From Candidatus Levyibacteriota bacterium (GTDB taxonomy: Bacteria > Patescibacteriota > Microgenomatia > Levybacterales > UBA12049), in the NCBI GenBank assembly GCA_016432345.1, contig CP066685.1, forward strand, positions 695,740-759,739: a DNA stretch of 64,000 nucleotides, in the 5' to 3' direction. The translations under genes and the position numbers were made by a program. Shown here one piece after another: positions 45,635 through 55,582 of this stretch. The notes under the pieces are model-generated. The model ran no database searches. It saw only the letters and a list, made by a program, of their open reading frames with translations, and was not told where the DNA came from. Position 1 is the stretch's first letter, and each line of letters opens with the position of its first letter.

Positions 45635-47653
45635 ATGAATCTTAAAACGCCAATTGCCAATGCGGATAGACCGTATAAAATGTATGCCTCGCGCCTGGAA
45701 AAGCTGGGCATAATAAAACTAGAAGATTTCTTATATCATGTTCCGTCCCGCTACGAAGACTATTCTATTATTTCTTCTATACGACATTTGCAAGCTGGAG
45801 AAATTGTTACTATTCAAGGAACTGTTGCTGCAATAGAAAACGAGTACGCTAAAAACTATAAAAAATTACAAAAAGCAACAATAGAAGATAACAGCGGAAC
45901 AATAGATGTTGTTTGGTTTAATCAACAATACATTACTAAAATTATCAAAAAAGGGACAAAAGTTTCTTTGTCGGGCAAAGTTGATTGGTTCTCCCGTAAA
46001 TTAACTATTGCTTCGCCAGAATACGAAATTATGTACGATAATTCAGAACCAATTCATACTGGCAGAATTGTGCCGATTTATCCAGAAACAAGAGGTGTTT
46101 CTTCCAAGTGGCTGCGCCGCCAAGTATATAAAATTCTACAAGAACAAAATGTACTCGAGTACATTCCTGATTCAATTATTATAAATAATTCTCTTACCAA
46201 CATTACAGATGCAATACAACAAATACATTTTCCCAAAAATATAGAAAATGCAAAAAGAGCCAAAGACCGTTTGGCATTTGACGAACTCTTTTTGCTGCAG
46301 CTTGCATCTTTACAAAGAAGAAACGCTTGGGAAAAACAACTTGTTGGACATCCGTTTTCTATTTCCACATTTCAAAAACAAATAGGGGAGTTTTGGAAAA
46401 GACTGCCATTTACACTAACTGACGCCCAAAAAAGAGCAGTCAAAGATATTTTTGCCGACCTTGCTTCAAAAAAACCAATGAACAGACTACTAGAGGGAGA
46501 CGTAGGAAGCGGAAAGACAGTTGTTTCTGCAATTGCTATGTATGTTGCATATCTTAATGGCTTTCAATCAGTTCTTATGGCGCCAACAGAGATACTCGCA
46601 CAACAACATTTGGCAACGATCTCTAATCTTTTATCTTCATTGGGAGTCAAGGTTGACCTCGTAACAAGCAGCAAAAAGCCGCGAGCCACACGCGCATTTG
46701 ATATTCTTGTTGGCACTCATGCTATTCTTTCGGATAAGATTAATTTAGATAAATTAGGTCTGGTGGTGATTGACGAACAACAGCGGTTTGGTGTTGAGCA
46801 ACGAAGCATTATTCGGCAAAAAGGCAAAAACCCGCATGTCTTAACAATGACAGCAACTCCAATCCCGCGAACTGTGGCATTAACACTCTATGGAGATTTA
46901 GATTTATCTTATCTTGACGAAATGCCAAAAGGCAGACAAAAAATAAAAACCTGGCTTGTCCCTCCACAAAAACGAGAAAACGCTTACAAATGGATAAATA
47001 AGCAAATTCAAGAAAATAGGGATCAAGTTTTTATTATTTGTCCATTTATTGAACAGTCGGAAAGCATGCAAACCGTTAAAGCAGCGGCAATTGAATTTGA
47101 GCGCCTGCAAAAAGAAGTTTTCCCAAACTTAAAAATTGGCTTGCTTCATGGCAAACTAAAATCCAAAGAAAAAGACGAAGTGCTGCGGCAATTTAAAGAG
47201 AAAAAATTTGATATACTCGTTGCTACACCAGTAGTTGAAGTAGGTATAGATATCCAAAACGCCACCATTATGCTTATTGAAGCATCCGAACGTTTTGGAC
47301 TAGCACAGCTTCATCAACTGCGAGGTCGGGTAGGCAGGGGAGACAAACAATCATATTGTTTACTATTTACAGAATCAAAAAGCCCACAAACTCTGGAAAG
47401 ACTAAAAGCCTTAGAAACCATGCATGTCGGAGCAGAACTTGCAGAACTGGACTTACGCCTTCGCGGGCCTGGAGAAATGTATGGCACCATGCAGCACGGC
47501 GCAAAACAACTTAAAGTTGCTTCATTTTCTGATTTTCCACTGATCGAAAAAACAAGAAGAGCGACAGAAAGTATTTTTCCAAAACTTTCTCAATATCCAA
47601 ATCTGCAAGAAAAATTACATAGTATAATTATTCAAGAAGTCTCTCCAGATTAA
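45635..47653 (+). CDS. recG: ATP-dependent DNA helicase RecG
   Basis: Wedge/OB N-terminal region; SF2 helicase motifs (LLEGDVGSGKT, DEQQRFGV, TATPIPRT, QLRGRVGRG); 672 aa. Confidence 0.9.
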   Translation: MNLKTPIANADRPYKMYASRLEKLGIIKLEDFLYHVPSRYEDYSIISSIRHLQAGEIVTIQGTVAAIENEYAKNYKKLQKATIEDNSGTIDVVWFNQQYITKIIKKGTKVSLSGKVDWFSRKLTIASPEYEIMYDNSEPIHTGRIVPIYPETRGVSSKWLRRQVYKILQEQNVLEYIPDSIIINNSLTNITDAIQQIHFPKNIENAKRAKDRLAFDELFLLQLASLQRRNAWEKQLVGHPFSISTFQKQIGEFWKRLPFTLTDAQKRAVKDIFADLASKKPMNRLLEGDVGSGKTVVSAIAMYVAYLNGFQSVLMAPTEILAQQHLATISNLLSSLGVKVDLVTSSKKPRATRAFDILVGTHAILSDKINLDKLGLVVIDEQQRFGVEQRSIIRQKGKNPHVLTMTATPIPRTVALTLYGDLDLSYLDEMPKGRQKIKTWLVPPQKRENAYKWINKQIQENRDQVFIICPFIEQSESMQTVKAAAIEFERLQKEVFPNLKIGLLHGKLKSKEKDEVLRQFKEKKFDILVATPVVEVGIDIQNATIMLIEASERFGLAQLHQLRGRVGRGDKQSYCLLFTESKSPQTLERLKALETMHVGAELAELDLRLRGPGEMYGTMQHGAKQLKVASFSDFPLIEKTRRATESIFPKLSQYPNLQEKLHSIIIQEVSPD

Positions 47654-47696
47654 AATAACCTTGCGGTTAAAGAAAAAACAAGATATAATACAACGT

Positions 47697-47900
47697 ATGC
47701 CGCAGGAGCCAAAAAAACGCCATTCAAGACAAAGACAAGGAAAAAGAAGAGCAAGTATTCATTTACAAATACCAAAAGGCGCAGCGTGCGCAAATTGCAG
47801 TAACATTACATTGCCTCATACCGTATGTAAACAATGCGGATACTATGATGGACGACAAGTTTTGGCAATAAAAAAGAATAAAAATGAAAACCGCTCTTGA
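47697..47900 (+). CDS. rpmF: 50S ribosomal protein L32
   Basis: [15 protein letters not shown]...CANC...[17 protein letters not shown] zinc-ribbon L32 pattern. The upstream in-frame ATG at 47661 is possible but would give an atypical N-terminal extension. Confidence 0.7.
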   Translation: MPQEPKKRHSRQRQGKRRASIHLQIPKGAACANCSNITLPHTVCKQCGYYDGRQVLAIKKNKNENRS

Positions 47901-48240
47901 TCCCCGTCATAAAACGCGGCAAAAACTTATCGAAGAATTGTTTGCGATGGATTTTAATAATCAAAAATCATCAGAAAAGACCAAAAGTATATTTTCTCAA
48001 AAACAAGAAATAGATGCGGTGATTCAAAAAGCCGCAACAGAATTTCCCATAGATAAAATCAATAAAATTGATCTGGCAATCTTGCGGTTGGCTGTCTATG
48101 AATTATTACTCGAAAAAACCCAGCCCAAAAAAGTTATTATTGACGAAGCAATAGAACTGGCCAAAGAATACGGCGGGGATTTAAGCCCGAGTTTTATTAA
48201 CGGCGCTTTAGGCAAAATTATTTCTTATGCAGCTTCCTAA
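47884..48240 (+). CDS. nusB: Transcription antitermination factor NusB
   Basis: [17 protein letters not shown]... and [13 protein letters not shown] helices; 118 aa. Confidence 0.75.
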   Translation: MKTALDPRHKTRQKLIEELFAMDFNNQKSSEKTKSIFSQKQEIDAVIQKAATEFPIDKINKIDLAILRLAVYELLLEKTQPKKVIIDEAIELAKEYGGDLSPSFINGALGKIISYAAS

Positions 48241-48889
48241 ATTTAATAATAAACAATTATTACAACAGGCGTTTACTCATCGCTCGTATCTTAACGAAAC
48301 AAGAGAAAATATAGAGTCTAATGAACGCCTTGAATTTTTAGGCGACAGCATTTTATCTTTTGTCGTTTCCAACTATTTATATGAAACATATCCCAAGTTT
48401 GATGAAGGAACGCTTACCAACTTGCGCTCTTTGCTGGTCAATACCAAAAGCTTAGCCGAAAGCGCAAGACAGCTTAAATTTGGAGATATGCTACGGCTTT
48501 CTAAAGGCGAGGAAGAATCAAAAGGACGACAAAACCAAAGTCTTTTAGCAGATTGTTTTGAAGCATACATCGGGGCGCTATTTTTAGACCAAGGACTTGA
48601 AGCTGTAAATACGTTTATTTTGCAAACTATTTTGGAGAAGATAAAAGATATTATTACCAAAAAATCATTAAAAGATCCCAAAAGCTTGCTGCAGGAATAT
48701 GTTCAATCTCAAAAACAAAAATCTCCGGTGTATAAAGTAATAAATGAAGAAGGTCCTGCCCACGCCAAAACATTTACGGTAGGAGCATATATAGATAATA
48801 TTTTACAAGGAAAAGGTATTGGCAAATCCAAACAGCAAGCAGAAGAATACGCAGCTAACGTAGCACTTGAGAAGCTGCAGAAAAAATGA
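48227..48889 (+). CDS. rnc: Ribonuclease III
   Basis: RNase III signature [11 protein letters not shown]; C-terminal dsRBD; 220 aa. Confidence 0.9.
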   Translation: MQLPKFNNKQLLQQAFTHRSYLNETRENIESNERLEFLGDSILSFVVSNYLYETYPKFDEGTLTNLRSLLVNTKSLAESARQLKFGDMLRLSKGEEESKGRQNQSLLADCFEAYIGALFLDQGLEAVNTFILQTILEKIKDIITKKSLKDPKSLLQEYVQSQKQKSPVYKVINEEGPAHAKTFTVGAYIDNILQGKGIGKSKQQAEEYAANVALEKLQKK

Positions 48890-48900
48890 TAAAATAACAA

Positions 48901-48977
48901 TTAGCGTATAGATACTAGCATCTAGCGTTTAGTTAAAAAAACTATACGCTAATTTACTAGACGCTAAACGCTGTATT
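48901..48977 (+). repeat. Palindromic repeat element (TAGCGTATAG ... CTATACGCTA ... TAGACGCTAAACGCT) filling the rnc-rpsP spacer
   Basis: Same motif family and arm arrangement as 37566-37647; ends 1 nt before the rpsP ATG. Confidence 0.7.
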
Positions 48978-49208
48978 ATGAGTGTTGTTATTCGGCTAAC
49001 ACAAATGGGTAAAAAAGGCGAGCGAAAGTTTCGTGTTGTGGTAAAAGAAAAACGAAGCCGCAGGGACGGCAAACCAGTAGAATCTTTAGGCTGGTACGAA
49101 AAACGAACAGATAAGGTAATAAAAAATATAGATCGGGAGCGTTTTGAGTATTGGCTGCAAAAGGGAGCCAAACCAACCGCCACAGTTACCAAACTTTTGA
49201 CTGTATGA
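48978..49208 (+). CDS. rpsP: 30S ribosomal protein S16
   Basis: MSVVIRLTQMGKKGERKFRVVV canonical S16 N-terminus; 76 aa. Confidence 0.9.
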   Translation: MSVVIRLTQMGKKGERKFRVVVKEKRSRRDGKPVESLGWYEKRTDKVIKNIDRERFEYWLQKGAKPTATVTKLLTV

Positions 49209-49444
49209 AAAAGGCTTTACAATATATTGTTTCTTCAATTGTTGATAATCCAAAAGACGCAAAAATAGCAGAGCAGAAACAGGATGAAATGACACAACTT
49301 ATTATAACAGTAAATCCAGAAGATATGGGTAAGATAATAGGTAAAGAAGGTAAAGTTATCCGAAGCATCCGAAATGTCATGAAAATTTTAGCCATGAAAC
49401 ACAACGAAAAAATAAATATTTCATTAAGCGAAACCCCTCAATGA
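49205..49444 (+). CDS. KH-domain RNA-binding protein (YlqC/UPF0109 family)
   Basis: GKIIGKEGKVIRSIR GxxG KH loop; conserved position between rpsP and trmD; start overlaps the rpsP stop (ATGA). Confidence 0.75.
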   Translation: MKKALQYIVSSIVDNPKDAKIAEQKQDEMTQLIITVNPEDMGKIIGKEGKVIRSIRNVMKILAMKHNEKINISLSETPQ

Positions 49445-50166
49445 AAATCTCCATTCTAACGCTTTTCCCCGAAATGTTTGGGGGCGCTTTTGATCATTCA
49501 ATCATAAAAAAAGCGCAAGAAAAAAAAATTCTTAGTATTTCGTACGTTAACATCCGCGATTTTGGTATCGGCAAACACCGCATCGTTGATGACACACCCT
49601 ATGGCGGGGGAGCAGGCATGGTGATTAGAGTAGATGTGATTGCAAACGCTCTCGCACACGCCACACGCCACACGCCACACGCCACACGCCGAATTCTTCT
49701 TGATCCGCAGGGAGAAAAATTCACTCAAAAAAAAGCGCAAGAATTATCAAAATACGATCATCTGATCTTAATTTGCGGCCGCTACGAGGGAGTGGACGAA
49801 CGGGTGCGAAAATTTGTTGACGAGGAAATTTCGATCGGCGACTATGTCTTAACAGGCGGAGAAATTCCCGCCATGGTTATTACTGATGCTGTTTGTAGAT
49901 TGCTGCCAGATGTAATTAAAGAAGAATCGCCAAAAAACGAATCTTTTTCCAACCATACGCTAGACGCTAAACGCTATACGCTATTAGAGTACTCCCAATA
50001 CACCCGTCCGCCGATTTTTAATGGCAAAAAAGTTCCAATTATTCTTACCAAAGGAGATCATCAAAAAATAGCAGGGTGGAGAAATCAAGAAGCGCTAAAA
50101 AAAACAAAAAAGAAAAGGCCGGATTTATTGCAGCTTGAAAGCGGCAAGTTGATTCAAAAGCGATAA
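49441..50166 (+). CDS. trmD: tRNA (guanine37-N1)-methyltransferase TrmD carrying two in-frame repeat insertions
   Basis: SPOUT-fold TrmD motifs (ILTLFPEMF, DDTPYGGGAGMV, ICGRYEGVDERV, VLTGGE). Extra segments ATRHTPHATR (from the CGCCACA repeats) and HTLDAKRY (from the TAGACGCTAAACGCTATACG repeat) are present relative to canonical TrmD. Confidence 0.85.
   Translation: MKISILTLFPEMFGGAFDHSIIKKAQEKKILSISYVNIRDFGIGKHRIVDDTPYGGGAGMVIRVDVIANALAHATRHTPHATRRILLDPQGEKFTQKKAQELSKYDHLILICGRYEGVDERVRKFVDEEISIGDYVLTGGEIPAMVITDAVCRLLPDVIKEESPKNESFSNHTLDAKRYTLLEYSQYTRPPIFNGKKVPIILTKGDHQKIAGWRNQEALKKTKKKRPDLLQLESGKLIQKR
49645..49682 (+). repeat. Heptanucleotide tandem repeat (CGCCACA), about 5 units, inside the trmD coding sequence
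   Basis: GCACA-CGCCACA-CGCCACA-CGCCACA-CGCCACA-CGCCG read directly in the sequence. Confidence 0.9.
49946..49976 (+). repeat. Half-copy of the AGCGTATAG/TAGACGCTAAACGCT repeat element embedded in frame in trmD
   Basis: ATACGCTAGACGCTAAACGCTATACGCTATT matches the right arm of the elements at 37566-37647 and 48901-48977. Confidence 0.7.
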
Positions 50167-50790
50167 CTGATCTTGTGATAAAGGCTGTATCTGTCTGCCT
50201 GGATCAAAATTAACCGAGTCGTACGGTTTGTAATAAAATAAAACTTTAATTGTCGAGGTAGATTCGCTAACATTTATATTTGTCGCCTCTGACAAAGGAA
50301 ACCTCTCCATCAGCATGCGCAAAAACTGTTTACTGCTTACAATATCGCCGTTAATGCTAAGCGATATCTCGATAGGATAAGCGTTTGTAACCTTGGTTTT
50401 ACTAGCAGACAATTCTCCAATCTGAAAAGAAAAATCTCCCAAAACAACATTTGCCTCTGTCGCCGCCTGGGCAATAGCCCGTAAAATCCCGCCAAAATCT
50501 TTTTCCGCTGGCAAAGCCGATGAAACAACTTTTAATTTTTCATCTAAATTTGTTTCGTCTACAGCTAAAAGGGTATTGGTATTGCTTTTAACTACATTTA
50601 CTCTTTCTTTAATATTTTTTTCCTCGTCTAAATACGAAAAATAATCGTTTATCTGGGGCATAACCGCCAAATACACCAGCGCAATCGCCAGCGCAATAAG
50701 TAAAAACGGCAGCAGATATACCTTATTTTTGTAATAAAGTAGTCTAAAAGTATTCTGATCAAATACGTCTTTTACGATACCTGTATTCAT
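50125..50790 (-). CDS. pilO: Type IV pilus assembly protein PilO-like
   Basis: 221 aa; single N-terminal TM helix followed by a periplasmic domain; third gene of a pilM-pilN-pilO array; overlaps the trmD 3' end convergently. Confidence 0.6.
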   Translation of the reverse strand: MNTGIVKDVFDQNTFRLLYYKNKVYLLPFLLIALAIALVYLAVMPQINDYFSYLDEEKNIKERVNVVKSNTNTLLAVDETNLDEKLKVVSSALPAEKDFGGILRAIAQAATEANVVLGDFSFQIGELSASKTKVTNAYPIEISLSINGDIVSSKQFLRMLMERFPLSEATNINVSESTSTIKVLFYYKPYDSVNFDPGRQIQPLSQDQLSLLNQLAAFKLQ

Positions 50791-51377
50791 GGCAAATTAC
50801 CAGTTAAAGAAATAGTATATTTCCCGGTTTTTGGATCAACAGTCAACCCTTCCAGGGTAATTTTGGCAAAAATTTTTTTATTTTCCGATAAATTTTCAAA
50901 GCCGTTTAAAAGCTTATCAATAGACAAAAGAGAAGACGATGTTATAGTCATTGATAAATTTTTTTTATCCAAATTTAAAGACTGTACGGTAATATTAGAC
51001 GGAATCACATTTACAGTCTCTGTAATTACCCCGTCAAACGTGGACCGCTTTTTTAAGATATCCGAAATATCTTTTATCCGACTTTCCGCATAAAGCAGTT
51101 TCCCGGCTTTTTTGCTTACAGCGGTAATTTGAGAAATAGCGGCATTTTCTTTTTCTTTAAGCGATTCTACCCCCAGTCTAAATTTAAGAAAGAAAAAAAT
51201 CAAAGAAGTTAAAACCACCAAAGTCAAAGAAACAACAGAAGAAATTCTAATTATCTTTAATATCTTTTCCTGCCGAAAACGTTTGGCCTTGCTGCCTTTT
51301 AAGAGATTAATTTTGTCATTCATATTCCCGCATTGCCAACCCGCATACCACAGTAAAATTAGCCGCATCATCGGCAA
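50787..51377 (-). CDS. pilN: Type IV pilus assembly protein PilN-like
   Basis: 196 aa; short cytoplasmic N-terminus, TM helix (IIRISSVVSLTLVVLTSLIFFFL), periplasmic domain; between pilM and pilO. Confidence 0.6.
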   Translation of the reverse strand: MPMMRLILLWYAGWQCGNMNDKINLLKGSKAKRFRQEKILKIIRISSVVSLTLVVLTSLIFFFLKFRLGVESLKEKENAAISQITAVSKKAGKLLYAESRIKDISDILKKRSTFDGVITETVNVIPSNITVQSLNLDKKNLSMTITSSSLLSIDKLLNGFENLSENKKIFAKITLEGLTVDPKTGKYTISLTGNLP

Positions 51378-52353
51378 TTTCTTTTGGCAGCAAAGACACG
51401 TCTATACCAAGCTCTTTAAAAGGATTAGCAACCACTGTTTCTATGCTGCAATTTTGGGCAAAAAATAAATCAATCCCGGGCAAACGGGCGCTTCCCCCGG
51501 ACAAAATAATTTGTTGAATCGGCAATTCGCTTTGATACTTCTGGGAATAAAATTCCATCGCTTTTTTAACTTCGTTAATAATAGACATTAAAATTGGTTC
51601 TGTGGCTTTGCCAATCTTTACATTCTGCCCTTGCTGCAAAATACCATGCACTTTTTTATACTCCTGCGCTTGAGCAATGTTTAATCCAAGATCGCCTGCT
51701 ATGGCTCGCGTAATGGCAATACTGCCGGTGGCTATAGTATAAGAAAAAACAATTACTCCGTTTTTGATAATGGCAAAGGAGGTGCTTAAATCCCCGATAT
51801 ACACAACAAGGATGCTTGGCACTTGATTTCTAATAAGAGGCCTTATGGTAGATAATATCTCGGTTTCAACCACATTAATACTTAATCCTGCCAAATCGAG
51901 AATTTTTTGATACCTATCCAAAAGCATGGTGGGAGTACCCACAAGAAGCACTTGCATTTTTTGTCCCTGGATCGGCTTTTGCGGCTTTTGCAGTACCGTC
52001 CAATCCAGAGTAACGTTTTTTAACGGCAAAGGAATATACTGTTCCGCTTCCCAATAAATAGCAGACGACAACTCCTGATCGGATAAAATCGGTAAATCTA
52101 TTACCCTGGTGTAAACCTGGCTATCAGGCAAGGCGATATTTACATATGGCGTGGTAATTTTCCCCTGCATCAGCATTTGTTTAATGCTTTGCGCCATTGC
52201 CTCCTGATCGAAGGGCGAATCAGACAGCATACCCTTAGACGAGGTAGGCATTTGCGCAATCGCCGCAACATTAAATTTTTCTTTATCTTCAGCAAGCCAA
52301 ATTGCTCTGGTTAAAATTGGCCCGATATCAAGCCCGAAAGGTTTTGTTTTCAT
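51316..52353 (-). CDS. pilM: Type IV pilus assembly ATPase-fold protein PilM (actin/FtsA-like)
   Basis: 345 aa; FGLDIGP N-terminal phosphate-1 motif and actin-like ASKHA-fold pattern (DIGxxxT, GGGS); upstream of pilN and pilO. Confidence 0.7.
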   Translation of the reverse strand: MKTKPFGLDIGPILTRAIWLAEDKEKFNVAAIAQMPTSSKGMLSDSPFDQEAMAQSIKQMLMQGKITTPYVNIALPDSQVYTRVIDLPILSDQELSSAIYWEAEQYIPLPLKNVTLDWTVLQKPQKPIQGQKMQVLLVGTPTMLLDRYQKILDLAGLSINVVETEILSTIRPLIRNQVPSILVVYIGDLSTSFAIIKNGVIVFSYTIATGSIAITRAIAGDLGLNIAQAQEYKKVHGILQQGQNVKIGKATEPILMSIINEVKKAMEFYSQKYQSELPIQQIILSGGSARLPGIDLFFAQNCSIETVVANPFKELGIDVSLLPKEIADDAANFTVVCGLAMREYE

Positions 52354-53222
52354 TGTTGAGACGAAAAAAGAATATACTGAAAAAACTCATTTGGAAGTTT
52401 GGGAAACCCCTGATAATAAGTTATTTTTCTGGCAGTGTCTCCCGATTTACCGGTTGAATTTATGCTTTTACCCTGGGAAGGAAATGCTCTTGTACCCTTA
52501 ATTCCAATTTGCGTATTCGCATACAAAGGAACAACCCTAACAACTATACCTCTTGATGAATCGGCAATATAAATTGATTTTCTATAAGCAAAAGTTTTGC
52601 CCGCCACCGATCCAACGCCGCCATCTTCCGAAGAAAACTTATTAACTAATCTTCTATCCGAACAGGGATCAACGGCATACCGCGTGGACACTGGCGACTG
52701 CGGCCTACCCGATATCACAATTATTTCGACTGCCGCCATAGTATTTATAATGGAATCAGTATTGCATTTATCGCTTGTCAAACCCCAGTAAACAGTAATG
52801 CCTGCGCTACCCGCTGTTGTCTGCCAACCGCTATTATAATTAAGCGTGCCGTCTGTCATATGATCAACCAGCCAAACATCAACTCCATCGTCTTTGGCAA
52901 CTGGCGCAATGTTTTGGCACAAACTTGCATCAGCGCCGCAATTAACTATAAATTCATTTCCTCCAACTGTTGTCGGCTTATTAGCCTTAACGACAGCATT
53001 ATTTCCAAGCGATAATTCTACCTCTTCACCTGTTTTAAGCGCCTCCTCAACTCCTGCTTCTGCTGCCGAAAACGCTCGCTGCGAGTTATCCTCCTCTGTG
53101 CTGATGCGCAAATTAACTATCGAGCGCGAAGCAAGCGACAAACCAACAGTTAAAGAAACTACCACTATCAAAATCACAATTAAAAGTGTTTGTCCGCTTT
53201 CCGAATTGAAAATTGTCTTCAT
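52350..53222 (-). CDS. PilX-like minor pilin / pilus assembly protein
   Basis: N-terminal hydrophobic segment GQTLLIVILIVVVSLTVGL followed by QRAFSAAEAGVEEAL (PilX_N-type motif). Confidence 0.5.
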   Translation of the reverse strand: MKTIFNSESGQTLLIVILIVVVSLTVGLSLASRSIVNLRISTEEDNSQRAFSAAEAGVEEALKTGEEVELSLGNNAVVKANKPTTVGGNEFIVNCGADASLCQNIAPVAKDDGVDVWLVDHMTDGTLNYNSGWQTTAGSAGITVYWGLTSDKCNTDSIINTMAAVEIIVISGRPQSPVSTRYAVDPCSDRRLVNKFSSEDGGVGSVAGKTFAYRKSIYIADSSRGIVVRVVPLYANTQIGIKGTRAFPSQGKSINSTGKSGDTARKITYYQGFPKLPNEFFQYILFSSQQ

Positions 53223-53268
53223 CTTTCTATACGATTAGCGTATCAGTTTATCACATAAACTGTCAATG

Positions 53269-53826
53269 CTACCTTGGCGCGTTTCTCATGGTAACAGTTG
53301 TTTGGAAAGGAACTTTGGCCGCATTTTCTAAAAGCAAACCACTGCGGGTGGTAAGAGCAAAATTAATTCCAATAACAGGCGCGTCAGTCGCGCTAGCCTG
53401 CATACAGGTGAATGCGGGTAAATTACTTGGATCATCGCAAGCCAAAGTTACAGCAGAGTCTAAAAAAGAAATGCCATTTGTATAAATGGTAGGTGGAGAA
53501 GATGCGCATGAAAAAGCAAAAGTAGTATATGTCTTTTTATCATAAGCTGTTAATCGCACATAGTTATATGTTTCTGGCTCTGCTGGACAAACACTAATAA
53601 AATCTGTGCCATTGTTGCTTACACCATAAAAACCCTCGGCGTTGCGGATGGTTTTGGCCATTTGCGAAATGGCATAGTTGCCGTTTTGTCTAACCAGCGT
53701 GATAGCATTTGTCTTGTTGGCTCCCCTAAGCGAAGAAAACAAAATAGCGCCAATAATTGCTCCTACCGCAATCAAAACAACCATCACTACCAACAGCTCG
53801 ATTAAGGTAAAACCTTTATCTTTCAT
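53269..53826 (-). CDS. Type IV minor pilin (prepilin-type N-terminal methylation domain)
   Basis: MKDKGFTLIELLVVMVVL class III signal with the G/F cleavage site and Glu+5. Confidence 0.7.
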   Translation of the reverse strand: MKDKGFTLIELLVVMVVLIAVGAIIGAILFSSLRGANKTNAITLVRQNGNYAISQMAKTIRNAEGFYGVSNNGTDFISVCPAEPETYNYVRLTAYDKKTYTTFAFSCASSPPTIYTNGISFLDSAVTLACDDPSNLPAFTCMQASATDAPVIGINFALTTRSGLLLENAAKVPFQTTVTMRNAPR

Positions 53827-53831
53827 TTTTA

Positions 53832-54611
53832 TTACTCACCCCCACAACTACCACCTAAAACAACCTCTACAATATCAGATAAGCCGCTAGTTATACCCCC
53901 TCCATAATCGGTACTACCAGCAAATCTGTATATAATAGCATCACAGGTACTAGTTATATAGCTATAAGTATTAAAACTAGTTGTACCAGGAGCAAATCTA
54001 ACTAAGATACCTCCAGGCGTACATTGATAACCAGAACAGTAATAGATTATATATCCTGCCGCTCCATCCACAGAAGTCCAGGACAAATTAGGATTATTAG
54101 GATCATCATTATACGACAGCGCTGGGGGGACGCGGTTTGTCCCAGGAGTTGGGACAGCAGCCGAGGACAAACACGACACCTGCTTGGCGCTGTGGCAATA
54201 AAGATTGCCTGGGTTTGTACACTTGCTGTCCGACCACGATGTTGACACCGTAACTTCTGCCCCGCTTGAGCATGATGACGACAACTCTTTATTTATGGTT
54301 ACTTCCCGAACAAAAACATCAACATTTTGTCCACATCCAGTACCTTTTGGTGTAAGACTGCTCTTATCTTTATCCAAACAGTTATTGGGAGGAAATAAAT
54401 TAAACTGCGTAAAATTACTATCTCTTATTTTTCTTACTATCTCCATTCCTTGCTGAGAATATTGAGTGGCTAAATTTTGATTTTTGCTAAACTGGGCGTT
54501 GTAAAGAGCAGAAATTACCACAATTGTAATGGCCGAAACCAAAACCACAGCTATGCCAAAAGCCGCCAAAACCTCAATCAGCGTTTGCCCGTCCTCATTT
54601 TTCATTAGCAC
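53832..54611 (-). CDS. Type IV minor pilin / pseudopilin-like protein
   Basis: GQTLIEVLAAFGIAVVLV prepilin-like N-terminal helix (non-canonical Q instead of F at +1). Confidence 0.55.
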   Translation of the reverse strand: MLMKNEDGQTLIEVLAAFGIAVVLVSAITIVVISALYNAQFSKNQNLATQYSQQGMEIVRKIRDSNFTQFNLFPPNNCLDKDKSSLTPKGTGCGQNVDVFVREVTINKELSSSCSSGAEVTVSTSWSDSKCTNPGNLYCHSAKQVSCLSSAAVPTPGTNRVPPALSYNDDPNNPNLSWTSVDGAAGYIIYYCSGYQCTPGGILVRFAPGTTSFNTYSYITSTCDAIIYRFAGSTDYGGGITSGLSDIVEVVLGGSCGGE

Positions 54612-55111
54612 CCTCCTCCTATGCTTATGTTGCTTGCGCTATTAACCGATATTTTTTTACAATTGCCATACCCTGTTACTTTTATTTCGCCACCCGACCC
54701 CGAAATACCCCCTGAAATTGTGTTAAATTCAACAACCGCTATAGAAGTTTTATCAAAACTGATATTTGCCGGTAATTTTTTAGTATCCAAAGTATAAAAA
54801 CTACCACCACAGGAAACCCTAAACTCATAGTCTTTAAGATCGGGATCGGTAGCGCCGCGACATGATCCGTCGCAAATCTCCACTCTATATGCATTAAGCT
54901 GCTGCGTATCGCTGCACTGCGTTGGCTTTACCTGCGACTGCGCCCTAGATTTAGCCAACTGCAGCATGGTTGCCACCTCTGAAGTAGCAGCAGAAAGTGT
55001 TTGCGCTCTACTGTAATTTACAAATGCCGCAATGCCAACCACCGATAGGACTGCCGTAATAGCTATCACAATAATAAGCTCAATCAGCGTAAAACCTTTA
55101 TCATTTATCAT
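54605..55111 (-). CDS. Type IV minor pilin (FimT/GspH-like)
   Basis: MINDKGFTLIELIIVIAI prepilin signal; 168 aa. Confidence 0.65.
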   Translation of the reverse strand: MINDKGFTLIELIIVIAITAVLSVVGIAAFVNYSRAQTLSAATSEVATMLQLAKSRAQSQVKPTQCSDTQQLNAYRVEICDGSCRGATDPDLKDYEFRVSCGGSFYTLDTKKLPANISFDKTSIAVVEFNTISGGISGSGGEIKVTGYGNCKKISVNSASNISIGGGC

Positions 55112-55582
55112 TTACGGGTTTGTGAAGGTAATAGACCAATTTGTTGAACCATCACAGTATGTAGTATTATTATTTAGATCCTTATCGTTATCATTAACAT
55201 TCTCCAAACAAGCATACAAATTGTATCCCGTTCCACTTCCAGCTTGAACATAGGTATACACATATTTGCCAGTATTTAACGGATCGCAGGGAATTTTTTG
55301 TATGTAAGTTGCTGGCGGACTTCCCCCTACAAACGCATTATTACAAGCGGGCAATGAACTTGGATAACTGCCAAGGTCAGCTCGATAAATCTCTAAAGCT
55401 GCTTGAATTTGACGCAAGTTTGACTTTCTTTGTCCATCGCGAGCCCGCTGTCTAATCCCTATAAAATTTGCCATCAAAAGCGTTGTTAAAATACCAATAA
55501 TAACAATCACCACCAAAAGCTCAATTAAAGTAAATCCTTTTTTCATGGGCTCACGTTCGGGCTTGACACTGCATAGTTGCAA
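55112..55582 (-). CDS. Type IV pilin / GspG-like pseudopilin
   Basis: KKGFTLIELLVVIVIIGILTT...RARDGQRKSNLRQIQAALEIY, a classical T2SS/T4P major (pseudo)pilin N-domain. Confidence 0.75.
   Translation of the reverse strand: MQLCSVKPEREPMKKGFTLIELLVVIVIIGILTTLLMANFIGIRQRARDGQRKSNLRQIQAALEIYRADLGSYPSSLPACNNAFVGGSPPATYIQKIPCDPLNTGKYVYTYVQAGSGTGYNLYACLENVNDNDKDLNNNTTYCDGSTNWSITFTNP

Noticed and set aside
49645-49682. Possible CRISPR-like array
   Set aside because: The unit is only 7 nt with no spacers, so it is a microsatellite. No CRISPR repeat-spacer structure was seen anywhere in the window, and the AGCGTATAG elements are also not repeat-spacer arrays.
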